A DNA stretch of 64,000 nt from a virus (Duplodnaviria > Caudoviricetes), in IMG/VR virus record IMGVR_UViG_2833778570_000001, positions 1 through 64,000 of that record. One strand, written 5' to 3'. This document shows positions 8,326 to 17,280 of this stretch, in pieces. The notes beneath the pieces were generated by a model that was given only the letters and a program-made list of their open reading frames with translations, did not search any database and was not told the origin of the DNA. The translations under genes and the position numbers were made by a program. Position 1 is the stretch's first letter. Each line of letters starts with the position of its first letter.

Positions 8326-9656
8326 AATCAGCGGACGTCAGCGGCATGCCGAAGGAGCTGGAGGAGGTCCGTCGCATCGCCCTGGGCGAGGAGTCCGCCG
8401 ATGAGGCGCAGGTCCGGGCCGCGCTCGCGCAGGCATGGGCCTGGCTCGCGCCGCTGACGTCCGCCCTGCCGTCGGTTGGGCCGTCTTCGAGCGTGCCGAA
8501 GTACGCGACCGGGGATGTGGAGCGGTGGTTCCGGGCGGTGGTCGCGCGGACGAATGGCTCCACCGAAACGGTGATGGCCCGGATGCTTCGGGACGCCGCG
8601 CTGGAGGGTGCGAAGGTGCCGGGGCTGGTGGAGGACAACGCGGCGCTGGTGGACGCGCTGAAGGAGTTGGCAGACCTGATGGAAGGCGTGCGCGACGGCT
8701 CGTACACGCCCGATTCCTTCACGCTCCAGGTCGCCCACCGCCTGCTGGCCGAGGAGCACCCCGGCGCGGCCCTGCTCGCGGAGCACGAGGCAAAGGTGTC
8801 CGCCCTCCAGGCTCTGGTGGCGGAGCTGGAGGGCGAATTGGAGCAGGAGCGAGACAACTCGCGGACCCTCGCCAGCGCTGGCCTGGAGACCGAGAAACAG
8901 CGCGCAGAACTGGAGTCCGAGCGCGACGCCCTCCGCGCGCAGGTGGGGCAGTACGAGAAGTCCATCACCACCGCGCTTCGCATGCTCGCCGAAGGGCAGC
9001 ACGCGCTTGTAGAGTCGAACCTGCGCCTCGCCCTCTCCACCCCGCCCGCCGAGACGACGCCCGGCCCGAACTCTCCGACCGTTCCGGAGGGTTCAACCGC
9101 TCCCACACACCGAATGCTGTCGCCGCTCGACGTGCGCCCCGCGGTGCCGCCGCTGCTGCCCGTCAGCGAGCGCATCCAGCAGTCCCTCGCCAAGCTGGGC
9201 CACGAGCCCACGCCGCTGACGACGTCTGCGGTGGATGCGTTGCACCCGTCCGGGCGCTGCACCTGCACTGGCGAGGGCACGTGCGCGTGGTGCCGGGCGC
9301 GCTGCGACGCGTGCGGCAGCCCGTACATCCCCGAGGCGGTGCGCCACTCGCTCGCCCAGGTGTGGAGCGCCCTGCGCATCACCACCGCGCACCAGGGCGT
9401 GGCCGTCGCTGTCCTCCGTGCGGTGTACCCGGAACTGCCGGTGCCGAACGCGCGGGCTGGAGCGGACATCCTCCCGGCATGGAACGCGCTCGCCCAGGCC
9501 GTCACCGAGGCCGCGCGCCTCGGCGCGGAGGACATGCGCAACCAGGCCGCCCGTCACATCGCGGGGCTCGTGCTCGCGGGGCAGGACCCCTTCTCCTTCG
9601 CGCGTGAGCTCGATGCCCTTCCGCTGCTGCTCGGGGAGGAAGTGCCCCGTGGCTGA
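8322..9656 (+). CDS. Mosaic hypothetical phage protein (coiled coil plus CxCxxxxxCxxC motif)
   Basis: ATGA overlap with the vegA-like stop; 444 aa open frame. Confidence 0.7.
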   Translation: MKSADVSGMPKELEEVRRIALGEESADEAQVRAALAQAWAWLAPLTSALPSVGPSSSVPKYATGDVERWFRAVVARTNGSTETVMARMLRDAALEGAKVPGLVEDNAALVDALKELADLMEGVRDGSYTPDSFTLQVAHRLLAEEHPGAALLAEHEAKVSALQALVAELEGELEQERDNSRTLASAGLETEKQRAELESERDALRAQVGQYEKSITTALRMLAEGQHALVESNLRLALSTPPAETTPGPNSPTVPEGSTAPTHRMLSPLDVRPAVPPLLPVSERIQQSLAKLGHEPTPLTTSAVDALHPSGRCTCTGEGTCAWCRARCDACGSPYIPEAVRHSLAQVWSALRITTAHQGVAVAVLRAVYPELPVPNARAGADILPAWNALAQAVTEAARLGAEDMRNQAARHIAGLVLAGQDPFSFARELDALPLLLGEEVPRG

Positions 9657-10248
9657 TCCGCTCGTCTACCAATACCGCCTCCGCACCGAGAAGGGCGCAT
9701 GGCTCGCGGACGTCATCCTCCGGAGCGACGGCTTCTTCGCCACCGTATCCGACTGGGGCAGCTACGCGTTCCGGTGGACCGCGCCGGGGCGCGAGTTCCG
9801 CGCCTTCGTCGCGCACCTCGCGGGCCAGGACGATTACGTGTGCAGCAAGCTGGAGACGCGCGACTGGTGGGATGGAGCGCGAACGCTGAAGCGGATCCGC
9901 GAGCACATCCTCACCTACCGCCGCGACAGCATCTACTCGAAGGAGAAGGCGGCCGAAGCGTGGCAGTCACTGGCCGATGCGCTGGGACGCTGGAGTGGGC
10001 GTGACGCGAGGAGCGACGACGAAATCCGCATCGACGAGTTCTCCGTCTGGTGCACCAACACCACGTTGGACGAGCCCTACGAGTTCGCCTCCTACGACTA
10101 CCCGCCGGACGTGCGTGGCTTCTGCGAGAACGTGATGCCGGCCCTCGCCGCAGCCATCCGCGCGCAGCTCCAGACCGAGGCCCAGGCTCTTGCGCTCCGA
10201 CACGAGCGCGAGGCCTGGGAATCGGAAGGAGGTGCCATCCATGGATAG
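9649..10248 (+). CDS. Hypothetical phage protein
   Basis: GTG start overlapping the upstream stop, GGAGG RBS. Confidence 0.7.
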   Translation: MADPLVYQYRLRTEKGAWLADVILRSDGFFATVSDWGSYAFRWTAPGREFRAFVAHLAGQDDYVCSKLETRDWWDGARTLKRIREHILTYRRDSIYSKEKAAEAWQSLADALGRWSGRDARSDDEIRIDEFSVWCTNTTLDEPYEFASYDYPPDVRGFCENVMPALAAAIRAQLQTEAQALALRHEREAWESEGGAIHG

Positions 10249-10861
10249 AGTGCCCGGAACCTTCGTCGTCCTGGAAGGCGGAGACGGCAGCGGGAAGACG
10301 ACGCTGGCCCGACTCATTGGAGACGAGCTGCACGCCCAGGGCGCGCGGGTGCTGAACACGGAGGAGCCCTCCGGCGGGCCCGTGGGGATGCTGATCCGGC
10401 GCATGCTGGCGGAGCGCCCTCTGTCCCCGGAGGTGATGGCTCTCCTGTACGCGGCTGACCGTGCGCGCCACACAGAGACGGTCATCCGGCCGGCGCTCGC
10501 CCGCGGCGAGGTGGTGCTGTGCACCCGCTACGTGCTGTCGTCCCTGGCCTACCAGGGGCCGCACGTGGGCCTGGAGCGCGTGATGAGCCTCAACGCCCAG
10601 GCACTCAAACCGGACCTGATCCTCTTCCTGGAGTGCCCGGTGGACGTCGCTCTCGGGCGCGCGGGAGCAGCACGCACCTTGGACGCCTACGAGACTCCTG
10701 CGGTCGCGGCCAGCGCGGCCGACGGCTACGCACGGGCCCTCACGTACCTGGAGTCCCAGGGCCAGCGCGTAGTCCGCGTGGATGCGTCCCAGGGCTCCGC
10801 GCAGGTGCTGCGCACGGCTCTTGAGCAGGTGCTGCCCCTGCTCCCCCGCGCCGGCCTGTAG
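10241..10861 (+). CDS. tmk: Thymidylate (dTMP) kinase
   Basis: FVVLEGGDGSGKTT P-loop, EPSGG, LLYAADRARH, SSLAYQG, PDLILFL. Confidence 0.88.
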   Translation: MDRVPGTFVVLEGGDGSGKTTLARLIGDELHAQGARVLNTEEPSGGPVGMLIRRMLAERPLSPEVMALLYAADRARHTETVIRPALARGEVVLCTRYVLSSLAYQGPHVGLERVMSLNAQALKPDLILFLECPVDVALGRAGAARTLDAYETPAVAASAADGYARALTYLESQGQRVVRVDASQGSAQVLRTALEQVLPLLPRAGL

Positions 10862-10951
10862 CCGCCCCACCACCTCACCCCTTCACCACCTGCCGGCCCG
10901 GGCGCCGGACGGCAGGGCTCTACCCGTGCGCCCGATCCCCGAGGTTTCCCC

Positions 10952-11662
10952 GTGTCGAAGTGCTCCGCCGTCCTGCTGTCCCTCCTGCTGTCCACTGCCG
11001 CCCTCGCCCAGGAGGAGGCTCCCGCCGACGGCGCCACCTTCCCGGCGTGGAGTTCCCTCGTCGCCACCGCCACCGCGCAGGGCGTCCTCAACCCGGCCGC
11101 GCCCGGGGGCAACCCGCGCCCCTTCGCCCTGGGCGTGGGGTACGGGCGCTGGAGCGAGCGCGGCGCCCTCCAGTTGCTCACGCACCTGGCCCCCAGCGTC
11201 GCGGCGGACGGGCCGGACGCGGCCGGCGGGCTGCTGCTGCGCCCCGGTGGGCGCCTGGGCCTGAGCGCGGCTGCGCGCCTCCACCGGCTGGGCGACCGCA
11301 GCGAACTGCCGCTGACGTTGGGCGGATACCTCCGCGCCGGTGCGTCCCTCGACTCCGCGGCTGACGCCTCCTGGACGTCGCTGCGCGCCGACGCGGGCGT
11401 GGCCGCGCACTGGTGGCAGGTGCACACGCCCACGCGTCTGGTGTTGGGCACCCTGGAGGCGGGGCCGGTGCTGCGCCGCCGCACCGGGGATGCCAGCGGC
11501 ACCTGGCTGGGCCTGTCCGTGGGCGCATCCGTCACGATGCAGCGGGTGACGGCGGGCCTGACGCTGACGCACGTGCCCGCCAGAGAAGCGTCCGTGCCGG
11601 GCATGACTGGCACCCACGTCACCGCAGGCGTCGCGCTGCAGGCGGACCTGCTGCCCCTGTAG
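10952..11662 (+). CDS. Signal-peptide protein with amphipathic beta strands, possible outer-membrane barrel
   Basis: VLLSLLLSTAALA/Q signal; alternating hydrophobic strands to the C-terminus. Confidence 0.65.
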   Translation: MSKCSAVLLSLLLSTAALAQEEAPADGATFPAWSSLVATATAQGVLNPAAPGGNPRPFALGVGYGRWSERGALQLLTHLAPSVAADGPDAAGGLLLRPGGRLGLSAAARLHRLGDRSELPLTLGGYLRAGASLDSAADASWTSLRADAGVAAHWWQVHTPTRLVLGTLEAGPVLRRRTGDASGTWLGLSVGASVTMQRVTAGLTLTHVPAREASVPGMTGTHVTAGVALQADLLPL

Positions 11663-11702
11663 CCCGAGAGGTAACAAGCCCGGCGCCCAGCGTCTCTTGG
11701 GC

Positions 11703-11924
11703 ATGATGCCCAGCGCCTATCGCTGCCCCGTCTGCGGGCAGATCCTCACCCCGCTTCCGGGTGGCTTCCTGTTCTGTTCGGGCAGCCACGCGGTGGGGCC
11801 ACGCCGCCAGGACCGGACCATCTACCGCCCTGGCCGCAACGGTCGCCTCCAGCCAACGAAGATGGGGGCGGCGGCAAGGTGGCGTGCCGCTGGGGCCGCA
11901 CAGGGCATACCGCCTGAGAGGTAG
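11703..11924 (+). CDS. Possible small zinc-ribbon protein
   Basis: YRCPVCG...LFCSGSH; weak codon bias. Confidence 0.3.
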   Translation: MMPSAYRCPVCGQILTPLPGGFLFCSGSHAVGPRRQDRTIYRPGRNGRLQPTKMGAAARWRAAGAAQGIPPER

Positions 11925-11978
11925 CGATCCACCGCCCTCCCAGGCGGTACCCTCTGCCAGCGTTCACCGGAGGTCGTC

Positions 11979-12377
11979 ATGGGCGTCGTGATGGTTCGCA
12001 TCGACAGCATCATCCCGCCGCACGAAGTCCGCGATGACGGGAAGCTGGCCGCCCTGCGTGAGTCCATGGAGGAGAATGGCTGGCAGGGACGCCCGCTGCT
12101 CGGCGTGCCCCATCCTTCCGCCGTCGGCGCCTTCCTCGCACTCACGGGGAGTCACCGCACCGCCGCGGCACAAGAGGCAGGGCTTGAGGAGGTCCCCCTC
12201 TACGTGGCCCAGCTGGGCGGTGGGATCCACGTGCACGAATCCATCCACGGCGACTCCCTCCGAAACGAGAGGGACAACCCCATCGAGCAGGAGGACCTGG
12301 CCGACTACCTCCGCCCTTGGGACCCTGGCGCGGCTGCGCTCGCCGAGGCCGAGGACGCAACAAACGCCGCAGGGTGA
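11979..12377 (+). CDS. Stand-alone ParB/sulfiredoxin N-terminal domain protein
   Basis: VRIDSIIP...LRESMEENGWQGRPLL...LTGSHRTAAA. Confidence 0.75.
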   Translation: MGVVMVRIDSIIPPHEVRDDGKLAALRESMEENGWQGRPLLGVPHPSAVGAFLALTGSHRTAAAQEAGLEEVPLYVAQLGGGIHVHESIHGDSLRNERDNPIEQEDLADYLRPWDPGAAALAEAEDATNAAG

Positions 12378-12449
12378 CGCCGGGTCCCGGCCGCACCTTG
12401 CGGTTGTGGCCGCGCGTGCGCACGCGCACCCTCCGTCGTGGAGGTGGCC

Positions 12450-12650
12450 ATGTCCCTGTCCCGGATGTCCGTCGTGAAGCGGCACGTCACCACCGCCGCG
12501 CCGAGCCTGCACGAGGAGGCCATGGAGCCCGGCGGGAAGCTGCCGGCCAACGCCGAGCGTGTGGCCCACCTAGTGGACGATGCGCTCCGGGAGGCCAACC
12601 GCGAGGCCCAGACAGACGTGCGCGGGCCGGAGGACTGGGCGGCGATGTAG
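12450..12650 (+). CDS. Hypothetical protein (66 aa)
   Basis: GGAGG RBS at 12440. Confidence 0.55.
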   Translation: MSLSRMSVVKRHVTTAAPSLHEEAMEPGGKLPANAERVAHLVDDALREANREAQTDVRGPEDWAAM

Positions 12651-12681
12651 CTCGGCACGCCCCCCGCTCTCCGCGACCGGA

Positions 12682-12906
12682 ATGACGACGACGGAGCGGG
12701 TAGCGCTGGCGCAGCGCCTGGGCGAAGCGGAGCTGGCGCTGCAGGGTGCGATGCGCGGGCTGGACGGGAGTCCTGATGCACGGACACGATTGGCGGACGC
12801 GAGGACGGAGTACCTCGCCGCGGAGCGCGAGGCGCTGGTGGCCCTCGGAGCTCAACCGGGCCCGGACGCCATCGAGCTGCTTGCGTCCTCGCAGGCCACC
12901 GCGTGA
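12682..12906 (+). CDS. Small helical hypothetical protein
   Basis: Last ORF of the rightward operon, coding-like composition. Confidence 0.6.
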   Translation: MTTTERVALAQRLGEAELALQGAMRGLDGSPDARTRLADARTEYLAAEREALVALGAQPGPDAIELLASSQATA

Positions 12907-12910
12907 CGGA

Positions 12911-12965
12911 GCAGCCAGCGCGGGTGGTCGCACTGGCCCAGGCGCTTGCCGCACAGGTGGCAGCG
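12911..12965 (+). repeat. Approx. 55-bp dispersed direct repeat, second copy at 26145-26199
   Basis: First 35 bp identical (GCAGCCAGCGCGGGTGGTCGCACTGGCCCAGGCGC). Confidence 0.85.
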
Positions 12966-12989
12966 GGTGATGGTGGAAGCACTCAGGCG

Positions 12990-13256
12990 CTAGTCGCCAG
13001 CAGTGCCTTCGCGACGCTTGCGCTCAGCTTCATCAGCGAAATAGTCGGGAGGGCCATTGTATCGACCTCTGCCGACATACTCGTCGACGTTGTGCGCCAC
13101 CTCGTCGACCTTCTCTTTGATGTCGCGCAAATCACCCCGCGCCTTGTCGAGGTCCACGTAAATCAGCCACAGCGTGCCGGAACACTTCCAGAGGTAGTAG
13201 GCCAGCACGAGCCACTGCCAATTGACCTTGAGCCAGCCGATGAGTGCGTCCAGCAT
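12990..13256 (-). CDS. Small membrane-anchored protein
   Basis: Trp/Tyr-rich hydrophobic N-terminus followed by a coiled coil. Confidence 0.6.
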   Translation of the reverse strand: MLDALIGWLKVNWQWLVLAYYLWKCSGTLWLIYVDLDKARGDLRDIKEKVDEVAHNVDEYVGRGRYNGPPDYFADEAERKRREGTAGD

Positions 13257-13280
13257 GGGGCGAGCCTTGCGTGGTTGTTG

Positions 13281-13841
13281 CTACGAGGCCAACGTCCGGG
13301 CAGAAGCCCTCTCGGTTTGACGATGTTCCCGGTCTCGCAACAGTGCGACCAAGCGCTCCCAGTAAGCCACTAGGCTGTCCGTATCGATTGGGCGGTAGCG
13401 TGCGAGGAACAGCTTGTAGTGGGTGTCGAGGCGCGCTGCCATGTGGTCGTCGAGGCGACGCCATTCGTTGCGGAGTAGTGCCTCTCGGTGCTTTGCCATG
13501 CGCTCCGGCCGCAACGCCCCGGTCCCACGGGCGTCACGCTCAAGTTCAACCATGGACTCCTTCACGCTCTCTGGCGTCTGCTGGACTTCCCATTGAGCGT
13601 CGCCAACTCGGCGAAGCGCGTAGAGCGAGTAGCTGGTGATGCTCGGCCAGTCGTAGACGTTGTACTCGTGGACCATCAGCATCTCGACGAAGTCGAACAC
13701 CCAGTAGTCTGAGAACACGTCCTTGCGCTCGTGAATCTCAGGTCGCCGGAGCGCCATTGCTGTGGCGTGGCGCCGCCCGCGCCAGGTGGACCACGCCCAC
13801 AGGCCCGCGAACAACGCGACGACCCACATTGCGGCTCCCAT
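13281..13841 (-). CDS. N-terminally anchored hypothetical protein
   Basis: TM MWVVALFAGLWAW then a soluble aromatic-rich domain; GGAGG RBS upstream. Confidence 0.7.
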   Translation of the reverse strand: MGAAMWVVALFAGLWAWSTWRGRRHATAMALRRPEIHERKDVFSDYWVFDFVEMLMVHEYNVYDWPSITSYSLYALRRVGDAQWEVQQTPESVKESMVELERDARGTGALRPERMAKHREALLRNEWRRLDDHMAARLDTHYKLFLARYRPIDTDSLVAYWERLVALLRDREHRQTERASARTLAS

Positions 13842-14044
13842 GCTCGCTGCCTCCGAGGTGCTGGGTTTGTATGCAATGAGCACCAGCAACGCCGGAGCCT
13901 CCCGCGCCCGGCCCAGCCCCGTCAACGCGGGCCGCTGCTCCGCTGCGGTAGCCGAGTGTCGGGCATGTCGCCGCCCAGGCTGGCGCACCCACGGGTGAGG
14001 GCCGGGGCTCGGCAGGGCGCCGGGGGGTGTGCTACCTATATGGC

Positions 14045-14785
14045 GTGGACCACCAGGACGAACTCCAGCTCGTGATTGAGGGACCCAAGGTCCGGCCGGA
14101 GACGGCGGACCCTCTCGTTACGTTGGACCTCGCCCGCGCCTATTTCTCGCTCATCCAGCGCGTCGCTGCGGAGCATGGTGACGACCTCACCCTGCAGGGC
14201 CTCTTCATCCGCAAAGGCTCGACCGTGGTGGCCTCGCGTCCCAACCAGCAGGGCCTCGCCATCCAGGCGATGACGGACGTCTCACGGTACGTCAACGGCG
14301 TCCTGCCACCCCCGCCTCGGCTTGAAACCCCCGTGAAGGAGTTCCGGGGGAGGGTGTTCAACTTCCCGATTTCCGTCACCGTCGCCTCGCGCCTTGGCGA
14401 CCAGGTTCGCCCGCTCACGCCCGCGCACATCGAGGCCGTCATCCCTCCACGAGAGACGGTGGAGCTTCGCGCGACAGTCGTGGGCGTCGGTGGCGCCAAC
14501 ACGACCTCCGCCCGGTTCGCGTCGAAGTCCGAGCGCAGGGTACTTAGCCTGCGGACGGACGTGCCCACCGCGCAGAAGCTGGCGCACTTCCTCTACTCAG
14601 AGGTCGACATCACGGCGACGGTGCAGCGCGACGAGCACGGCCTCATCCACAGCGGTGTGCTGGATGGTTTCAGCGGCCTCACCAGCGCGCCCGACCAGCT
14701 CAAGGTGTGGCGCGAGTGGTTCCGTGAGGTGGGCGGTGACTGGAACGACATCGACGATGTCGAGCAGGAGCTGCAGCGTGTATGA
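14045..14785 (+). CDS. Large partner / putative antitoxin of the PIN protein (246 aa)
   Basis: Overlaps the PIN start; acidic C-terminal helix WNDIDDVEQEL. Confidence 0.7.
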   Translation: MDHQDELQLVIEGPKVRPETADPLVTLDLARAYFSLIQRVAAEHGDDLTLQGLFIRKGSTVVASRPNQQGLAIQAMTDVSRYVNGVLPPPPRLETPVKEFRGRVFNFPISVTVASRLGDQVRPLTPAHIEAVIPPRETVELRATVVGVGGANTTSARFASKSERRVLSLRTDVPTAQKLAHFLYSEVDITATVQRDEHGLIHSGVLDGFSGLTSAPDQLKVWREWFREVGGDWNDIDDVEQELQRV

Positions 14786-15371
14786 CGTGAAGAAGCTCCC
14801 GAGGCGCGCCCTGTGTGACACGGGCTTCTGGATTCGTGCGCTTGGAGACCGGCCGAAGGACCCGCGCTCACCCCAGGCTGAAGCCTTCTTCAAGGCGATG
14901 GCGGACAACGGCCGTGAGATGCTCCTGCCGGCGCCGTGCCTCGCGGAATTGATTCGCGGCAAGCCGGCCCTGACAATCCCGAGCACGCCCTCGGTCATCG
15001 TGGTGGGCTTCGACAGGATTGCGGCGATGGAGTTGGGCAAGAGATTTCCCGCCTCCTTCATCAAGCAGCAGAAGGTGAAGTCGGGGTACGAAAAGGGCTA
15101 CATCCAGTTCGACGCGATGATTGTGGCGTGTGCCATCCGCCACAATGCCGAGTGCATCATCACCTTCGACAACCCGATGAAGGAGCTGGACTACGGCCCC
15201 GAAGTGCAGATGCTGTTCCGCAACGTTCGCGACTTCCAGCTCCCGCTGATGGCCTCCATCAACAAGTCCCAGGAGGCGGAGTCGGCGGCACCCGAGGACA
15301 CTTCCCAGTCCACCGAGCGCTACGAAGAACTTGAGCCGGGACTCGGCGTCCGCAAGCTTGACCTCTCCTGA
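14778..15371 (+). CDS. PIN-domain (VapC-like) ribonuclease
   Basis: Acidic tetrad in ALCDTGFWI, LAELIRG, FDAMIVACA, ITFD. Confidence 0.85.
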   Translation: MYDVKKLPRRALCDTGFWIRALGDRPKDPRSPQAEAFFKAMADNGREMLLPAPCLAELIRGKPALTIPSTPSVIVVGFDRIAAMELGKRFPASFIKQQKVKSGYEKGYIQFDAMIVACAIRHNAECIITFDNPMKELDYGPEVQMLFRNVRDFQLPLMASINKSQEAESAAPEDTSQSTERYEELEPGLGVRKLDLS

Positions 15372-15383
15372 CTGGAAGTCGGG

Positions 15384-15473
15384 CTACGCCATGTGCTTCC
15401 ACGTGAGGCGCTGGACGATGCGGCGGACGTTCGCGGACGTCACGCCGAGTTCCCGGGCGAAGTGCAGACGGGC
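15384..15473 (-). pseudogene. C-terminal HTH remnant of a phage HNH endonuclease gene
   Basis: FARELGVTSANVRRIVQRLTWKHMA* with no start codon nearby. Confidence 0.6.
15393..15426 (+). repeat. Repeat B copy 1
   Basis: 32/34 identical to 16000-16033. Confidence 0.85.
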
Positions 15474-15524
15474 TGATGCTCGACTAGGCGTCAGGGCCCC
15501 GTTGACGTGAGGCAGATGGGGGCG

Positions 15525-15848
15525 TCAGCGCCTGGGCATGAGCGGCGCGATGTCGATGTGGGCGGCCGTCTCCTGTTCTATCTTTTTCACCCGCTCCTCC
15601 GCTGAGGGGAGATCAATGCCGACGCTCCGGGCCGCCATCAGGTATTCCTGCACGCTCAGGCCCGCTACAACGCGGGCGACAGCGAGGGCGTCAGACCCAT
15701 CCGGAACCTTCGGGTCGCTCTCCAGGCGCCGGCAGAGCTCCAGGTCCGCGCGTAGCTCATCCCTGGCGCGACGGAGCCACTCTTGCCGGTTTTCCTGCAT
15801 CTGAGACGTGTTCGACATGGCTGGGTGTCCTTTCGACGTGTTCGACAT
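15525..15848 (-). CDS. Hypothetical cassette protein (97 or 107 aa)
   Basis: Two alternative RBS+ATG starts (15848, 15818) created by a tandem duplication. Confidence 0.65.
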   Translation of the reverse strand: MSNTSKGHPAMSNTSQMQENRQEWLRRARDELRADLELCRRLESDPKVPDGSDALAVARVVAGLSVQEYLMAARSVGIDLPSAEERVKKIEQETAAHIDIAPLMPRR

Positions 15849-15864
15849 GGCTGGGTGTCCTTTC
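15805..15864. repeat. Exact 30-bp tandem duplication containing RBS and ATG
   Basis: GACGTGTTCGACATGGCTGGGTGTCCTTTC x2. Confidence 0.95.
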
Positions 15865-15934
15865 GGGAGGTGAAGCCCCAGCAACGCACGCCCGTAGCGG
15901 CCGGGCAACCGGTCGCATCCAGCGCTCCCGGCCG

Positions 15935-15969
15935 GCCCTACCGCTTCTTCTTCTCCCGGGCGGCGATGG
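15935..15969 (+). repeat. Repeat A copy 1
   Basis: 33/35 identical to 16373-16407. Confidence 0.85.
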
Positions 15970-15999
15970 CTTCCGCAATGAGCGCCGCCATCATGGCAC

Positions 16000-16033
16000 G
16001 TGCTTCCACGTGAGGCGCTGGATGATGCAGCGG
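16000..16033 (+). repeat. Repeat B copy 2
   Basis: See 15393-15426. Confidence 0.85.
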
Positions 16034-16035
16034 GG

Positions 16036-16356
16036 TTAGTCTTCTCCCTCGGCCAGCTTCACGTAGTAGCTGAAGAGGCGCTCTGCGAGGCGCATGAGTT
16101 CCTCGCTGGACATCGCGTTGAGCGTTGCCGCGATGGAACCCTCGTTCTGCTTGCCCGCGATGCGCGTCGCGTCCTGCTGGATGGCGTGGGCCTCCGGCCA
16201 GAGGTCCGGCGGATGGTGCTGCGGATCGTCCGCGAAGCCGAACTCCAGGATGGCGGCACTGAGGCGGTCGCGAAGCGGCGCGTCCATCGTCGCGAGAAGT
16301 TCAACAGCGTACCGCGTCTTCGAAAGGCCGTGAGCGTGCATTGGATCGAAGGTCAT
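16036..16356 (-). CDS. Hypothetical helical cassette protein
   Basis: Open frame filling the space between repeats A2 and B2. Confidence 0.65.
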   Translation of the reverse strand: MTFDPMHAHGLSKTRYAVELLATMDAPLRDRLSAAILEFGFADDPQHHPPDLWPEAHAIQQDATRIAGKQNEGSIAATLNAMSSEELMRLAERLFSYYVKLAEGED

Positions 16357-16372
16357 GCGCGCACTATAGCCC

Positions 16373-16407
16373 GCCCTACCGATTCCTCTTCTCCCGGGCG
16401 GCGATGG
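16373..16407 (+). repeat. Repeat A copy 2
   Basis: See 15935-15969. Confidence 0.85.
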
Positions 16408-16410
16408 TGC

Positions 16411-17212
16411 TCAGGGCTGGCGCCGGATGCTGGCCGGCTGCTTCTTCGCACCCTGCACCGGCGCGTAGCAGCCGCCCTTGTGCTCGACGGAGTTCTTCGG
16501 GCACGGCGGCGAGTCCTTCAGTTCCAGCCAGCATCCGCCGTTGATCTCGCGCGAGGGCGACTGACAAGGCGGCTTGGCCTGCCCCTCCAGCGGACCGTCC
16601 GGCATGCTGAGGCGGCGCTCGATGGTCTGCGCACGCAGGGTGGACGCGCCGGCAATCATGTTCGCCATCACCACGTCGCCCACGGTGGCGGGCACGTACT
16701 CCACCAGCGGCGCGGGCTCGGCGGGGGCGGCTTCGGCGCGCTCACCTGGACGGCTAGGAGGACGCCAGCAGCTGCTAGCGAGACGGCCGCGAGGAGGCGT
16801 AGGCTACGCCCACCGCGAGCAGGTGCTGGGGTGGGCTCCAACTGGAGGCGCGGCGCCACCGGAGCGCGGCCCGACAGCAGGTGCGCCAGCTTCCGGGGTG
16901 TCCCTAGCGCCGCCTGTACCGCGTCCGCGATGTCCTCCGTCACGTCGGCCACTTCCTCCACGTCGCTGGCGGGCGCCGCCGGGCAGGACTCCATCTCCAG
17001 GGCGATGAGGGCGGGGGAGGAGAACGTGCGGACGCGCAGTTCCAGGTCCACCTGGGGCGCCAGGTCCGTCCTCGCCTGTGGGCACCAGGACAAGGCTGGG
17101 CGCCCCTGTCTCCTCGTGGCGGGCCTCGTTGAGCCGGCTGCGGCTCCCCTGCCTGCAGACGCCTTCCGCAACGGTGCCCAGACGCAGCAGGTAGCAAGCC
17201 TGTTCTCGGCAT
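16411..17212 (-). pseudogene. Frameshifted paralog of the 2073-3005 kinase-like membrane protein
   Basis: Family-like segments in three frames (EARHEETGAPSLVLVP / LELRVRTFSSPALIALE...TM / PPC...GGCW...PPC...CYAP); shifts near 17070 and 16725. Confidence 0.7.
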
Positions 17213-17280
17213 GCGTCCTGCTCTTGGCCTGCGCTCTCGCGCCGAACGCCTTCGCTCCGGCGCGCCACCCAGGACACCTC

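Noticed and set aside
15384-16407. A/B repeats as a CRISPR array or integron attC sites
   Set aside because: Only two copies each, spacers are whole ORFs over 300 bp, no cas genes, no attC-like inverted core sites and no IntI-type gene; the repeats read as coding gene ends
16000-17280. N-terminal 430 aa of the 739-aa ORF
   Set aside because: Antisense to the cassette ORF and the kinase-like pseudogene; only the part from the lipoprotein signal near 17281 looks coding
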